UHGV virus genome: UHGV-0371537
Source: a virus
DNA: 64,000 nt
Direction: 5' to 3' (one strand)
Within the stretch, counting starts at the first letter, position 1, and the number at the start of each line of letters is the position of its first letter. Below are positions 27,733-36,753 of the stretch, in pieces. The notes beneath the pieces are model-generated. The model saw nothing but the letters and a program-made list of their open reading frames with translations, had not been told where the DNA came from and ran no database searches. The position numbers were made by a program, and so were the translations under genes.

Positions 27733-28113
27733 TCAGTTCGTCCTTTTCAACCACACGGTGTCTGTTATTGGATCTGGGTTGTTGACCACATAGAAAGTGA
27801 TGGTCACGCCCAGAGAGTGGTAATCTTCCGACAGACTGACCGTGACTTCCTCCACCTCGGCTCGTGGTTCATACAGAGCAATAGCATCTTCAACTTTGTT
27901 CTTCACATCTACCTGAATCGTCGGGTTCGTGTTCTCCCCGAGTAGATTGTAAAGCCCCGCTCCGATCCCAGGGTATGTCGGCCAATCTCCAACCGACGAC
28001 ATGACGATATTCCTCACAGATTGTAGGACAGCGTAAATCCCAGATTTCATGGTGACATCTTTGGTCACAGGGTGCATGCCGAACTTCAGATCGACATCTT
28101 TGTATTCTTTCAT
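27733..28113 (-). CDS. baseplate wedge protein, gp25/GPW-like
   Basis: 126 aa, gp25/GPW-like size and pattern; directly downstream of the spike gene on the same strand. Confidence 0.65.
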   Translation of the reverse strand: MKEYKDVDLKFGMHPVTKDVTMKSGIYAVLQSVRNIVMSSVGDWPTYPGIGAGLYNLLGENTNPTIQVDVKNKVEDAIALYEPRAEVEEVTVSLSEDYHSLGVTITFYVVNNPDPITDTVWLKRTN

Positions 28114-28187
28114 TACAACACTCCTCTCAGGGTGCCTAGAAGGAGCAGAGAGGAGCGTTGCCCCTCTGCCACTAAACTTATACCAAC

Positions 28188-29798
28188 TTACTCTTCGGTG
28201 CCGAAATTACCACCATTGTCTTTTAATTCTGCCTTGATATCAATCTCACCTGGACCCGTAGGGGATGCAGGGGTTGCACCTGACAGAGAAGAGGCGCGAC
28301 CAGCACCTTCCGCATATTTGATGTTGCCATTAATCGTCTGGGCCACAGTCAGTTTGTCGGCGATGATCTCTGTTGCCAGAATCTTAGGAACCTTCAACGT
28401 CCCGCCGACCTCCAGAGTCTCACAGATAATACGCAAAATATTCTGCGCCTGCAACTCAGCCAGGTTGCTGAATTTCATCAACGCTGTGCCAGCAACAACA
28501 TTAGAATAGTTGTTGGAATGCAAATGATAGACTTCACCAGTCTTGCGCTGCACTTCCGTTCCTTTGATCGTCAGGTTGTGATCGCCGCCAACATAATAAC
28601 GTTTGTTGAACATCGTCAGATCATAATGATCTTTCACAGACTTGTTCACAACGTCACCGTCTGGCAGCATTTGTTTGTACGACCCGGACATGTGCATCCA
28701 GTGAAGACGTTCGCCCCCCGGTGTGTCATCCACTTCCATGATGTGGCCAGCCCGAGAAGCCATGACGTTGTTGTACGGATACTTGGACCCACCCGCAGCC
28801 GGAACCATAGTTTCGCCAGTGTTGTCAATGTCCTGAACACGGCCTGTTGGTGCTGGCGTTGCCTGCTCTTTCGGAGTCCGATCTGGAATTGGTTCTGACC
28901 ATTTACCGTTCTGTTGGGCGGGGGCAGCCGCAGCTGTGTTTGCAGGTCCAGGCCAGCGATAGCCCAAGACCGAAGAACGGCTGAAACGACTGACCTTCAC
29001 TGAATCGGATTGGTTGCCCCCGATACACCAGACATAGTTGGCATCGAACTTCTGCACGAACGCCACATGGCCGAATGTCGGGTTGTTACCGCGCCGGAAG
29101 ACCACGATAGCGCCATACTGAGGTGCCGACAATGGACTACCCCACGTCAGGTAAGATCGGGCAAGAGCGGAGCGTGTGGAAGTGTATCCGGCCTTTAACA
29201 TAACCCAACCAACAAACGCAGCGCACCAGGATACTTCATCTTCAGATGCACCAAGCGAGGTTGTCTTGTGATACTCAACGATGCGGGGGTTGTTGTTGAA
29301 CTTGCCAGCATATTCTTTGACGCCAAGTTCACCACGGGCGATAGTCATCCATTTTTCAGGATCATACCCACCCACAGGAGGCTGAGGGTCTGGCTGAGGT
29401 TCGTCTTCTTGCTTTACAGGTACATCAGTGACAGCATTGTACGCCTGACGTTCAACAGACATGACGACCTGCCCCAGAGCCAGGGGGTTTGTGTCCGCCC
29501 CATCAGTCGGGGTCGCACCCGGCCAGGTCCATGCGATTCTGAGATTCTGGTATGCGTCATCCAGCGCGAACCCCATGACTTCCGTGCCGACAATGATACC
29601 CGTAGGGGACCAACCTAAACCTGCCGAGGAGGCATTCGACGCAGGCATCATCACTTTTGCCCATGGGAGTTTATCCGTAGGCAAGAGGACGGGATCATCT
29701 GTATGTATGCCGTGTATGCGAACGGCCACGCGCCCGTTTTCATCAGGATCATTGACGTCTTCAACGGTGCCATAAAACCATCTCATTTTGTCTAACAT
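28188..29798 (-). CDS. baseplate central spike (gp5-like) with internal cell-wall hydrolase-like domain
   Basis: N-terminal gp5/VgrG-like OB segment (GTVEDVNDPDENGRVAVRIHGIHTDD...LPWA); middle CHAP/NlpC-like region (WCAAFVGW ... GHVAFV); C-terminal repetitive beta-rich tail. Confidence 0.6.
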   Translation of the reverse strand: MLDKMRWFYGTVEDVNDPDENGRVAVRIHGIHTDDPVLLPTDKLPWAKVMMPASNASSAGLGWSPTGIIVGTEVMGFALDDAYQNLRIAWTWPGATPTDGADTNPLALGQVVMSVERQAYNAVTDVPVKQEDEPQPDPQPPVGGYDPEKWMTIARGELGVKEYAGKFNNNPRIVEYHKTTSLGASEDEVSWCAAFVGWVMLKAGYTSTRSALARSYLTWGSPLSAPQYGAIVVFRRGNNPTFGHVAFVQKFDANYVWCIGGNQSDSVKVSRFSRSSVLGYRWPGPANTAAAAPAQQNGKWSEPIPDRTPKEQATPAPTGRVQDIDNTGETMVPAAGGSKYPYNNVMASRAGHIMEVDDTPGGERLHWMHMSGSYKQMLPDGDVVNKSVKDHYDLTMFNKRYYVGGDHNLTIKGTEVQRKTGEVYHLHSNNYSNVVAGTALMKFSNLAELQAQNILRIICETLEVGGTLKVPKILATEIIADKLTVAQTINGNIKYAEGAGRASSLSGATPASPTGPGEIDIKAELKDNGGNFGTEE

Positions 29799-29832
29799 AT
29801 TGAGTTCCGGTTGTCAAACAAGGATTTGAAGG

Positions 29833-29840
29833 TATTTATG
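29833..29840 (-). promoter_or_regulatory. possible late promoter variant (CATAAATA) for spike gene
   Basis: TAAATA core about 34 nt upstream of ATG at 29798. Confidence 0.3.
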
Positions 29841-30136
29841 CGCAGCGGATTTTGCCTTATATACTATAGGAAGCTCTGCTTCCGTTCAGTTATTGTCTTA
29901 TTCGATCTTATTCGCTTCGCTCATCACACCGCCTTATGCAGGCAGCACCATTCCAATGCCATGGAGGCATAAGGGCGAGGCAATAACTGTACACCTCAGA
30001 ACATCCCTTGAAAAATGGTTTTTAATTGACAATCTGATTCAAAATAGACGATCCCCAACAATGACTCAGGAACAAGCCCATTATAACAATTTCAGGTAAA
30101 GAGAGCGCGTGTTAACCTGTTTTGCAGTTAAGCCAA

Positions 30137-30165
30137 TAAAAATCCCGCCGAAGCGGGATTATGGT
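30137..30165 (-). terminator. rho-independent terminator (minus strand)
   Basis: On minus strand AATCCCGC-TTCG-GCGGGATT followed by TTTTATT, downstream of gene 30308..31114. Confidence 0.65.
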
Positions 30166-30307
30166 TTCTTAGACAACCTGACCTTGAGGGCTTCAGTTAA
30201 CAAGTCAAGGTGCCATGGCATCGATTCATTGATTTCAAATATGTTATAGCCGTGTAACTTCAATTCATCACACATCACGAAATAGGATAATAAATCAGTT
30301 TCAAACA

Positions 30308-31114
30308 TTAAATGAAAATTTCATTAATGCTATTGAACTCAATAGGATGCTCTTTACCACATTTAGGGCATTTGATTTTGTTCTTGTAGTGGATGCGAGG
30401 AATTTTATGGAAGAAGTTCTTCGTAATATCCTCGATAACATCCGATTCAAGATTGTCTTTTACCCATTCAATGAAAGCGTCTTTGACACGACGACGCTCA
30501 ATAGATTCTTCGGGCGTGATGCCCGGTTCATCCGGGTTCTCTACACGCCATACTTGTCCATCGTCATCATACAGACAATCAATGAAAGTCGCCAGCATTT
30601 CTTCAATGCTAGATGATTCAGACAGAGCCGTGGCATCGGCAAAGGAGGGCTGGCGCATCTTCAGATGATAACCACCCGGCAGGTCAAAGATTTCTTTAAA
30701 CCCTTCCTTCGCTACACACTTGACATTCAGTAGAGGGATAGGCAGCACCAGTTCCTGCTTACAAGGAACCATGGTTTTCTTCTCGATTCCTTCCCCGACG
30801 TCTGTCGTTTCTTCGATTTGGTTGTTGCATTCATAGCGGATTTTCATCAATTCGCCAATAGCGATGCTACGCATGCGGATGAACACTTCTTCAACAACAC
30901 CGATCGGCAGTTTGTTAAACGGTGCCCCGGCTTCAACACAATCTGCAAACAGGCTTTCCATAATCGCAGCACGCTCTTCAACCGGAGTCTGAGGATCCGC
31001 GACCTGTAGCATGAGAGTTTGTTGCCCGGCAGTGAAAGCGCGATATCTGATGACACTCGGCCAAAAATCGCTTTTGAATGTCTTTTCTGTTCTGGGCAAT
31101 GAAGGTAATTTCAT
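30308..31114 (-). CDS. late protein, possible baseplate hub component (C-terminal zinc ribbon)
   Basis: Start MKLPSLPRTEK after SD; exact TATAAATA about 28 nt upstream; C-terminal CPKCGKEH. Confidence 0.5.
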   Translation of the reverse strand: MKLPSLPRTEKTFKSDFWPSVIRYRAFTAGQQTLMLQVADPQTPVEERAAIMESLFADCVEAGAPFNKLPIGVVEEVFIRMRSIAIGELMKIRYECNNQIEETTDVGEGIEKKTMVPCKQELVLPIPLLNVKCVAKEGFKEIFDLPGGYHLKMRQPSFADATALSESSSIEEMLATFIDCLYDDDGQVWRVENPDEPGITPEESIERRRVKDAFIEWVKDNLESDVIEDITKNFFHKIPRIHYKNKIKCPKCGKEHPIEFNSINEIFI

Positions 31115-31142
31115 AATGTATCTCCATGGTATATTGTAAGGA

Positions 31143-31150
31143 TATTTATA
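31143..31150 (-). promoter_or_regulatory. T4-type late promoter TATAAATA
   Basis: Exact TATAAATA on minus strand upstream of start at 31114. Confidence 0.6.
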
Positions 31151-31163
31151 ACGAGGAATGAAA

Positions 31164-31688
31164 ATGCGCGGATTCTGTTTTAGCGAAATTGGCAAAGAAC
31201 TGTCGATACAATATCCAGACCCCAATACAGACTTCTTTATTTTCTTGTCTGACTATGCCCAGAAAGAGAATATTAGTCACATTGCGATGAAGTACGAAGA
31301 TTATAAATTTTGTCGATTGGGTGTTAAGGATCTCTTGCGCTTCGGACTGTGTGTCATTATCGTAGATCAAACCTATAGCCCCATTGATGATGAAGAAGTC
31401 CTTCCTGTTTTCGTACATCGCAATATCAACACTCTGGATACACATTTTCCTGGGTGTGTGGTCGTTGGTGAGCTGGTTCCTTATTTCCACCGTTTGCGGA
31501 AGTTGGAACAAATTAAAAGTTATTTTCAAGATGGCGTGGGTCAATATAAGATGAACGTCCTCGGTAGTGGATGGAAAGTGTTGTCAACAGCTGGTGGCAC
31601 CGACTATATCAAAATGCGGGTCTATGGTTATGACGTGGACCGCGATTATGAACTGGAGAAAAGTAATGCAAAAAGAAAACGCCGTTGA
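31164..31688 (+). CDS. hypothetical protein
   Basis: ATG 31164 with GAGGAA SD (alternative ATG at 31158). Confidence 0.4.
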   Translation: MRGFCFSEIGKELSIQYPDPNTDFFIFLSDYAQKENISHIAMKYEDYKFCRLGVKDLLRFGLCVIIVDQTYSPIDDEEVLPVFVHRNINTLDTHFPGCVVVGELVPYFHRLRKLEQIKSYFQDGVGQYKMNVLGSGWKVLSTAGGTDYIKMRVYGYDVDRDYELEKSNAKRKRR

Positions 31689-32157
31689 ACGTACTCCTAT
31701 TGAGGAAGTACAACAATATGTGTTGGATCTGTTGAAACACACCGTATCCGACGCCGACGGTAAAGTACCGGATGAGTTTGTCGGTGCATTCGAAGAAGTC
31801 GCTCACGATACCGAAGGTGTTCCTCTGATCCAGACGATTGGTGGCCTGTTAATGTTTGATGAAAAAGCACTGGCTGATGGCGCTGTGCTGTACTCTGCAA
31901 ACATTGGGGTTGATGGTGAGTCATTGTCTATCGAAGTGTGTAACCTCGCCAAGTACCTGCTGCAATGCGGCTATGATCTGCGTGTCGTTACAGCTCATTA
32001 CATCGATCCTCAGGGGCAGATCTCATATGGCGATGAAGGTCGCAAAGTAAAACGTCATATCGAAACGTCGTTCATTTTGCAGAACATTCAGCAAATGCAG
32101 AAGAATTTGGACCACCCGGCGTTGATCCTGCCTGAAGGCAAAATCATCACCCGTTAA
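31666..32157 (+). CDS. hypothetical protein
   Basis: ATG 31666 after GGAGAAAAG, overlapping upstream gene end. Confidence 0.4.
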   Translation: MQKENAVERTPIEEVQQYVLDLLKHTVSDADGKVPDEFVGAFEEVAHDTEGVPLIQTIGGLLMFDEKALADGAVLYSANIGVDGESLSIEVCNLAKYLLQCGYDLRVVTAHYIDPQGQISYGDEGRKVKRHIETSFILQNIQQMQKNLDHPALILPEGKIITR

Positions 32158-32208
32158 TCCGGCGTAAATAGCCCATACACCAATGAAACTTCGTTATGGG
32201 CTATTTAC

Positions 32209-32799
32209 ATGAAATATTGCGGAATCGACTACTCATATGGTTGTCCATCCCTGTGCTTCTGGGATGACAAAGACCCTCTTGATTTTGACCACCTGCGCTT
32301 CTACGCATATTACACTGTGGAGAAGTACTGCTCTCAAATCCGTCAGAACATCCTTATCATGAAACAGCCGAAGTGGGAGACTCCAGAAGAGCGCTTCTAC
32401 AACATCTGTAAATGGGCTGAGGCTGTCCTGTTGACCGAGAAACCGGATGTGATCACTCTTGAGGGGTATGCTATGGGCAACTCCAAGAACTCCAACAACA
32501 TCTGCCAGACAGCAGAGAACACTTCTCTATTGAAGCAAGTTCTGCGTCGCCATAACCTGGAGTTTCAGATTGTGACACCTTCTCATGTTAAGAAGATGTT
32601 TACAGACAAAGGCAACGCCGATAAGATCGCCATGATCGCCCACTTCGAAACCCTGTTCAATGTTAATATGCGCGGTATAATGGATATGTTGGAAGTTAAG
32701 GATCCCAAGCCTATCGATGACCTCGTGGATTCGTTTGCAATCATGTCTTGCGGTTCTTACTTCATTGAGAATAATCCAGACTTCAACAGAGGTGTATGA
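32209..32799 (+). CDS. putative RuvC-like (RNase H-fold) Holliday junction resolvase
   Basis: Acidic residues in RuvC-like order: CGIDYS near N-terminus, ITLEGYAMG, DDLVDSFAIM near C-terminus. Confidence 0.35.
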   Translation: MKYCGIDYSYGCPSLCFWDDKDPLDFDHLRFYAYYTVEKYCSQIRQNILIMKQPKWETPEERFYNICKWAEAVLLTEKPDVITLEGYAMGNSKNSNNICQTAENTSLLKQVLRRHNLEFQIVTPSHVKKMFTDKGNADKIAMIAHFETLFNVNMRGIMDMLEVKDPKPIDDLVDSFAIMSCGSYFIENNPDFNRGV

Positions 32800-33110
32800 T
32801 GGTCGATTACTGGTTGTTGGCGAATTTCTTCACATTCGCTTTGTTGTTGGTGTTTGTACTGATATGGGTGAAGTCATTGTTGACTCTCGTCCATGCGTAC
32901 ATGTATCAGATCAACTTCTATACGTTGTCTCCCCACCGGGACACAAACGTCCGTGCGGATCAACAGGCCGAAGCCATCATTTCATACCAGTTCATTCACA
33001 TTCGCGATAAAATGATCAAGCGAGTTGTGTTTTCTACAGCAGTGTTACTGGCTATCATTATGGTTCGTTTTGTGCTGACAACTGTGGGGGTGTTCCATGC
33101 CGCTGTATGA
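32796..33110 (+). CDS. small membrane protein (two predicted TM segments)
   Basis: Hydrophobic N- and C-terminal segments. Confidence 0.4.
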   Translation: MMVDYWLLANFFTFALLLVFVLIWVKSLLTLVHAYMYQINFYTLSPHRDTNVRADQQAEAIISYQFIHIRDKMIKRVVFSTAVLLAIIMVRFVLTTVGVFHAAV

Positions 33111-33342
33111 TTATCAGTGCGGGGAATGCGGGAATGCGATGACGCTGCGGAAATCAATTGCAGACCGCCATGAACCAGAATCTAACCCTTGCGCTGAGTG
33201 CGGAGGGGAGATTAAAATGGTGGTGGGCGCTCCTAAGATCGTGTCTGGGGTTAAGGGACCACAATCTGCACCGGATGGTTTCAAGGACGTTCTGCGCACG
33301 ATTAAGAAAGGCTCTGGTAAGGGGAACACAATCGATGTCTGA
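33097..33342 (+). CDS. FmdB-family zinc-ribbon protein
   Basis: MPLYDYQCGECG ... CAECGG pattern (CxxC...CxxC). Confidence 0.5.
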   Translation: MPLYDYQCGECGNAMTLRKSIADRHEPESNPCAECGGEIKMVVGAPKIVSGVKGPQSAPDGFKDVLRTIKKGSGKGNTIDV

Positions 33343-33580
33343 TGATAAATCACCCACACAGGTGCTGACTGCAGACTCCTTCTCAGAAGCCGTTCTGCTC
33401 CGCGCCGCCCGTACCAGAGAAACTATCCTTGAGACACTCGTGGCTGTCTGTGAAGAAAACGACATAGATGAAACGAAGGTCAGAAAAATGATCACAGCAC
33501 CTCTACTGTCCCGACTAACAGCAGAGTGCTCCGATGCGCGTCTTATCAAAGACGTTCTGAAGTCGAAGAAATTAGTGTAG
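33335..33580 (+). CDS. hypothetical small protein
   Basis: ATG 33335 overlapping upstream stop. Confidence 0.35.
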   Translation: MSDDKSPTQVLTADSFSEAVLLRAARTRETILETLVAVCEENDIDETKVRKMITAPLLSRLTAECSDARLIKDVLKSKKLV

Positions 33581-33587
33581 GTCTATT

Positions 33588-33827
33588 ATGAGCAAAGAAT
33601 CAATTTACAGTGCAATGAAAGCCCAAGAGTTTCTGCCAGGCTCAATGCGCTGGCGTGTGGGTAGTCTGAACGAACATGCCGATCAGACGGATCGTATTCG
33701 TTATGTCACCCCTGATGGTCGCTCATATGTTGTTGAGTACCACACCCACGTAGAGAGCAAGAAGACGTTCTCCGACGTGTACGATATTATTGAAATTGAC
33801 CCAGCATTACAAATGCTTAAAGGTTAA
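33588..33827 (+). CDS. hypothetical small protein
   Basis: Small ORF; palindrome/terminator follows. Confidence 0.35.
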   Translation: MSKESIYSAMKAQEFLPGSMRWRVGSLNEHADQTDRIRYVTPDGRSYVVEYHTHVESKKTFSDVYDIIEIDPALQMLKG

Positions 33828-33840
33828 TTCAGTGCAGTAA

Positions 33841-33858
33841 CGGGGTATAATTACCCCG
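33841..33858 (+). repeat. TATAAT-containing palindrome (CGGGGTA-taat-TACCCCG) upstream of gp32
   Basis: Perfect 7-bp inverted repeat around TAAT, followed by CTTTAAAG; member of a recurring class. Confidence 0.5.
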
Positions 33859-33924
33859 CTTTAAAGTAAATCGATAATACATGCAACAGAATAGCCCTGA
33901 GGGGCGGAAACAGAGGAATTAGAA

Positions 33925-34962
33925 ATGGGTAATTTATTTGATCGTCTGAAGCAGTCCCGTGGTCAACAGGCCGACGCAATGCAGGCGCGTCTGGCACAGC
34001 AAGGCCAGAAGTCCGGCTTCCAGAAGGATCCTCGCATCTGGAAATGGACTTGGAATAAGGAAGGTATTTCTCAGAACACCATCCGCTTCCTGCCAGTTCC
34101 GCTGGTAGACGTCAAGGCACAAGAAGAAGGAACGATCGATAAAGATCAGATCCTGACTCCTTGCGCCATGATCATGAAGCATCAGTTCCAGGGACCTGGT
34201 GGTTGGTACATCGAAAACTCACCTCAGACGTTCGGCAACGACGACCCGGTGCGTGACCATGACCGTCCGCTGTGGGCGCAACAGAAAGAAACGAACGACG
34301 AAAAGCTGAAGGACGTGCTGAAGAAACGTCTGCCAGACACCAAATACTACGCCAACATCCTGGTGATCGAAGATGTCAACGTACCGGAAAACAACGGCAA
34401 GGTCTTCCTGCTGGAGTTTGGTAACGCCATCAAGAAAATCTTGGACCAGGCGCAGAATCCTAAGTTCCCGACCGACCCTAAATTCGACCCGTTCGATCTG
34501 TGGGAAGGTGCCAACCTGAACCTCAAGCTCTTCGGTGAGCAGAAGAAGTTCGGCAACTGGGAAGGTCTGGTGGCTAACTTCTCCAACGTCAGCTGGGCGG
34601 CTCCGGCTCCGCTGAGCGAAGACGAAGCCTACATGGAAGACGTGTGGTCTCGTGAACATAGCCTGTTTGAATTCTTCAACCCGGCGAATTTCAAGAGCTA
34701 CGATGACCTGGAGAAACGCCTGCGCAAAGTGCTGGCGATTCCTGATGGTCAGCCTCTGGTTGAAGGTGGTGCGGCTACTATGGCGCATGCCCCTACGAAC
34801 CAGGCTCCAGCACAACAGCCTGTTAAACAACAGCCAACTGCTCAAGACAGCCTGAACCAACAGCAATCACAACCTTCGCAGTCTGCTGTTAATCATCAGA
34901 CGCCGGATCCTAAAGCAACAGGGTCTATCGAAGACTTTGAGCAGTTCCTCAAAGATAACTGA
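33925..34962 (+). CDS. single-stranded DNA-binding protein, T4 gp32-like
   Basis: IRFLPVP, YYANILVIEDVNVPENNGKVFLLEFG, DLWEGANLNLKLFG resemble gp32 core; acidic C-terminus. Confidence 0.8.
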   Translation: MGNLFDRLKQSRGQQADAMQARLAQQGQKSGFQKDPRIWKWTWNKEGISQNTIRFLPVPLVDVKAQEEGTIDKDQILTPCAMIMKHQFQGPGGWYIENSPQTFGNDDPVRDHDRPLWAQQKETNDEKLKDVLKKRLPDTKYYANILVIEDVNVPENNGKVFLLEFGNAIKKILDQAQNPKFPTDPKFDPFDLWEGANLNLKLFGEQKKFGNWEGLVANFSNVSWAAPAPLSEDEAYMEDVWSREHSLFEFFNPANFKSYDDLEKRLRKVLAIPDGQPLVEGGAATMAHAPTNQAPAQQPVKQQPTAQDSLNQQQSQPSQSAVNHQTPDPKATGSIEDFEQFLKDN

Positions 34963-34965
34963 TTC

Positions 34966-34992
34966 AAAAGCCCTCTTCGGAGGGCTTTTTAT
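34966..34992. terminator. bidirectional rho-independent terminator
   Basis: GCCCTC-ttcg-GAGGGC hairpin flanked by AAAA and TTTTT between convergent genes. Confidence 0.65.
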
Positions 34993-35933
34993 TTCCCCAT
35001 CACGTCGCGCAAAATGCCGAGCAGATTTGTCTTTTCGGCTGCTGTCAAATTGTCATTTCCCATGATGTCTCGTGAGATACCAACTGAGATGCGCTCGAAG
35101 TCCTGGAGACTGATTCCAGCAAGGTTGTTCACCAATTGGTCCAGTTGTTTGTAAGCCAGGAGAGCCTCTCCTGTGAAGTTCCCTTCCTTCACCTTGCGAT
35201 AAAGCTGTCCGGCTTTGGAGGCCGCAGTTTCCCAGTCACCACTGGCAAGAGCATCAGCAATCCCAAGAGGAAGAAAATCGCTGGCAAGGCTGCGTGTTTC
35301 ATATTCTGTCTCCGATAAGACTTTGTTGTAAGAGAATGTGATGTTGTATTGGTTGAACTGGTCTGTGGCTCCCTTGTCCAGTTCGATTGTACTGAAGTTG
35401 ATCGGATGCGCTTCAACGATGTAGACGCGATGGACAACCTGATCTTCCGTATCCATCTGCTCGATACAGATATCGGTTACGAAATCTTCGTAATAACCCA
35501 TCTTGGTCGTGTACGGATCAAAGATCAGATTCTTCCACTTGTCCATCACAGACTTTTCATAATAATCGTTTGCCAAGAGGAATGTCAGATCCAAGTCCAC
35601 GTTGGACTTGTTGTTCGGCATCTTGATGTGGTTGCCGTTGTTGGTCATTGGAGTCGTGTCGATACCAACCCCTGGCATTCCAGCAACCATACACATCATT
35701 TGCAAGGAACGGGACGTTTGGTTTGTCCCTCCAAAGAAAGCGTTTACAATACGGGCTGTCTGTTTGAACAAATCACCAAACGAAGATCCGGTTGCATATG
35801 CCTTCCCGTCGTTGGCGAGAGTGGCATTGCTGTCGAATATGCCTGGTGGCAGGGGGATGGTGACCCGGAATCGGTTCTTCCGTGATATCCCGCGCTGTAA
35901 TAATTCGGTGATGAAATTGCGATAGTCTTCCAC
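34989..35933 (-). CDS. late structural protein, possibly tail-tube/baseplate associated (gp48/gp54-like)
   Basis: GTG start with AAGTGGAGT SD; minus-strand late orientation; weak resemblance only. Confidence 0.35.
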   Translation of the reverse strand: MEDYRNFITELLQRGISRKNRFRVTIPLPPGIFDSNATLANDGKAYATGSSFGDLFKQTARIVNAFFGGTNQTSRSLQMMCMVAGMPGVGIDTTPMTNNGNHIKMPNNKSNVDLDLTFLLANDYYEKSVMDKWKNLIFDPYTTKMGYYEDFVTDICIEQMDTEDQVVHRVYIVEAHPINFSTIELDKGATDQFNQYNITFSYNKVLSETEYETRSLASDFLPLGIADALASGDWETAASKAGQLYRKVKEGNFTGEALLAYKQLDQLVNNLAGISLQDFERISVGISRDIMGNDNLTAAEKTNLLGILRDVMGK

Positions 35934-35947
35934 GATGAGGACTCCAC

Positions 35948-35955
35948 TTAAATAT
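35948..35955 (+). promoter_or_regulatory. T4-type late promoter variant (TTAAATAT)
   Basis: TAAATA core about 32 nt upstream of ATG 35988. Confidence 0.45.
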
Positions 35956-35987
35956 GATATCTGTTGTTACTTATAAGGAGTTGACAA

Positions 35988-36689
35988 ATGGCAAAGAACA
36001 CAGCTGGTGAAGAAGATCCGTTGCTGTTCCCGGCCGAGATGGACGCCCCCGAGCTGGTCAAGCGTTACATCCGCAAGTACCGTCAACACTTCGGTCCAGA
36101 GGCGAAGCGTAACATTCGTCGTTCCCATACGTGGTTCATGGAGCGTGTGTCCAAAGACGCCAACTTGTCTCCGAACCATATGAAGCAGGCGTTTGCCGAC
36201 CATAAACGCCCGGTACAGGGTGTGAGATATGTGGTGGGGCGTATGTTCTATTTCAAATATGACGCCCTGACCAAGAATGAACTTCCGTACTGGGATATGT
36301 ACCCTCTTGTGTTCTTCTTCAACTTTGCCAAGGGTGATGGTATTACATTCGGGGAGAAGGGTGTAACTTATCTGTGGGGATTGAACATGCATTACTTGCC
36401 ACCGAAGCTCAGGCTGCTGGTGTTCGAAGATCTGATTAAGTTACGTAACGAAAGAGCGTATCGTTCAAAGACGCGCCTGAAACTCACTTGGGCTGCTCTG
36501 AAGCGTTTCGCCAACCACCCATTGTACAATCACTGCGTGAAGTTGTACCGTGCTGACCAGTTCCGTTCACAGTTGTATGAGATCGAACCACAGTACTGGG
36601 AAATCGTTCTCTTCATGCGCACTGCCCGCTTCCAGAAACAGAGTCAGATGTCTGTCTGGAAAGATGCCCGCCGAGTACACAAGAAATAG
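35988..36689 (+). CDS. hypothetical late protein
   Basis: ORF with AAGGAG SD downstream of late-promoter-like element. Confidence 0.45.
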   Translation: MAKNTAGEEDPLLFPAEMDAPELVKRYIRKYRQHFGPEAKRNIRRSHTWFMERVSKDANLSPNHMKQAFADHKRPVQGVRYVVGRMFYFKYDALTKNELPYWDMYPLVFFFNFAKGDGITFGEKGVTYLWGLNMHYLPPKLRLLVFEDLIKLRNERAYRSKTRLKLTWAALKRFANHPLYNHCVKLYRADQFRSQLYEIEPQYWEIVLFMRTARFQKQSQMSVWKDARRVHKK

Positions 36690-36697
36690 TTCTATAA

Positions 36698-36726
36698 CCC
36701 GTTCCGGGTGATAATTCGCGAACGGG
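36698..36726 (+). repeat. palindrome CCCGTTC-N15-GAACGGG containing GATAAT
   Basis: 7-bp inverted repeat with 15-nt loop upstream of gene 36754. Confidence 0.4.
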
Positions 36727-36753
36727 TAATTCCTTCAACAATGAGGCTATATC

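Noticed and set aside
29893-30099. 68-aa track ORF on the plus strand inside the non-coding gap
   Set aside because: TTG start, no Shine-Dalgarno, flanked by minus-strand genes and a minus-strand terminator; treated as non-coding (possible RNA leader instead).
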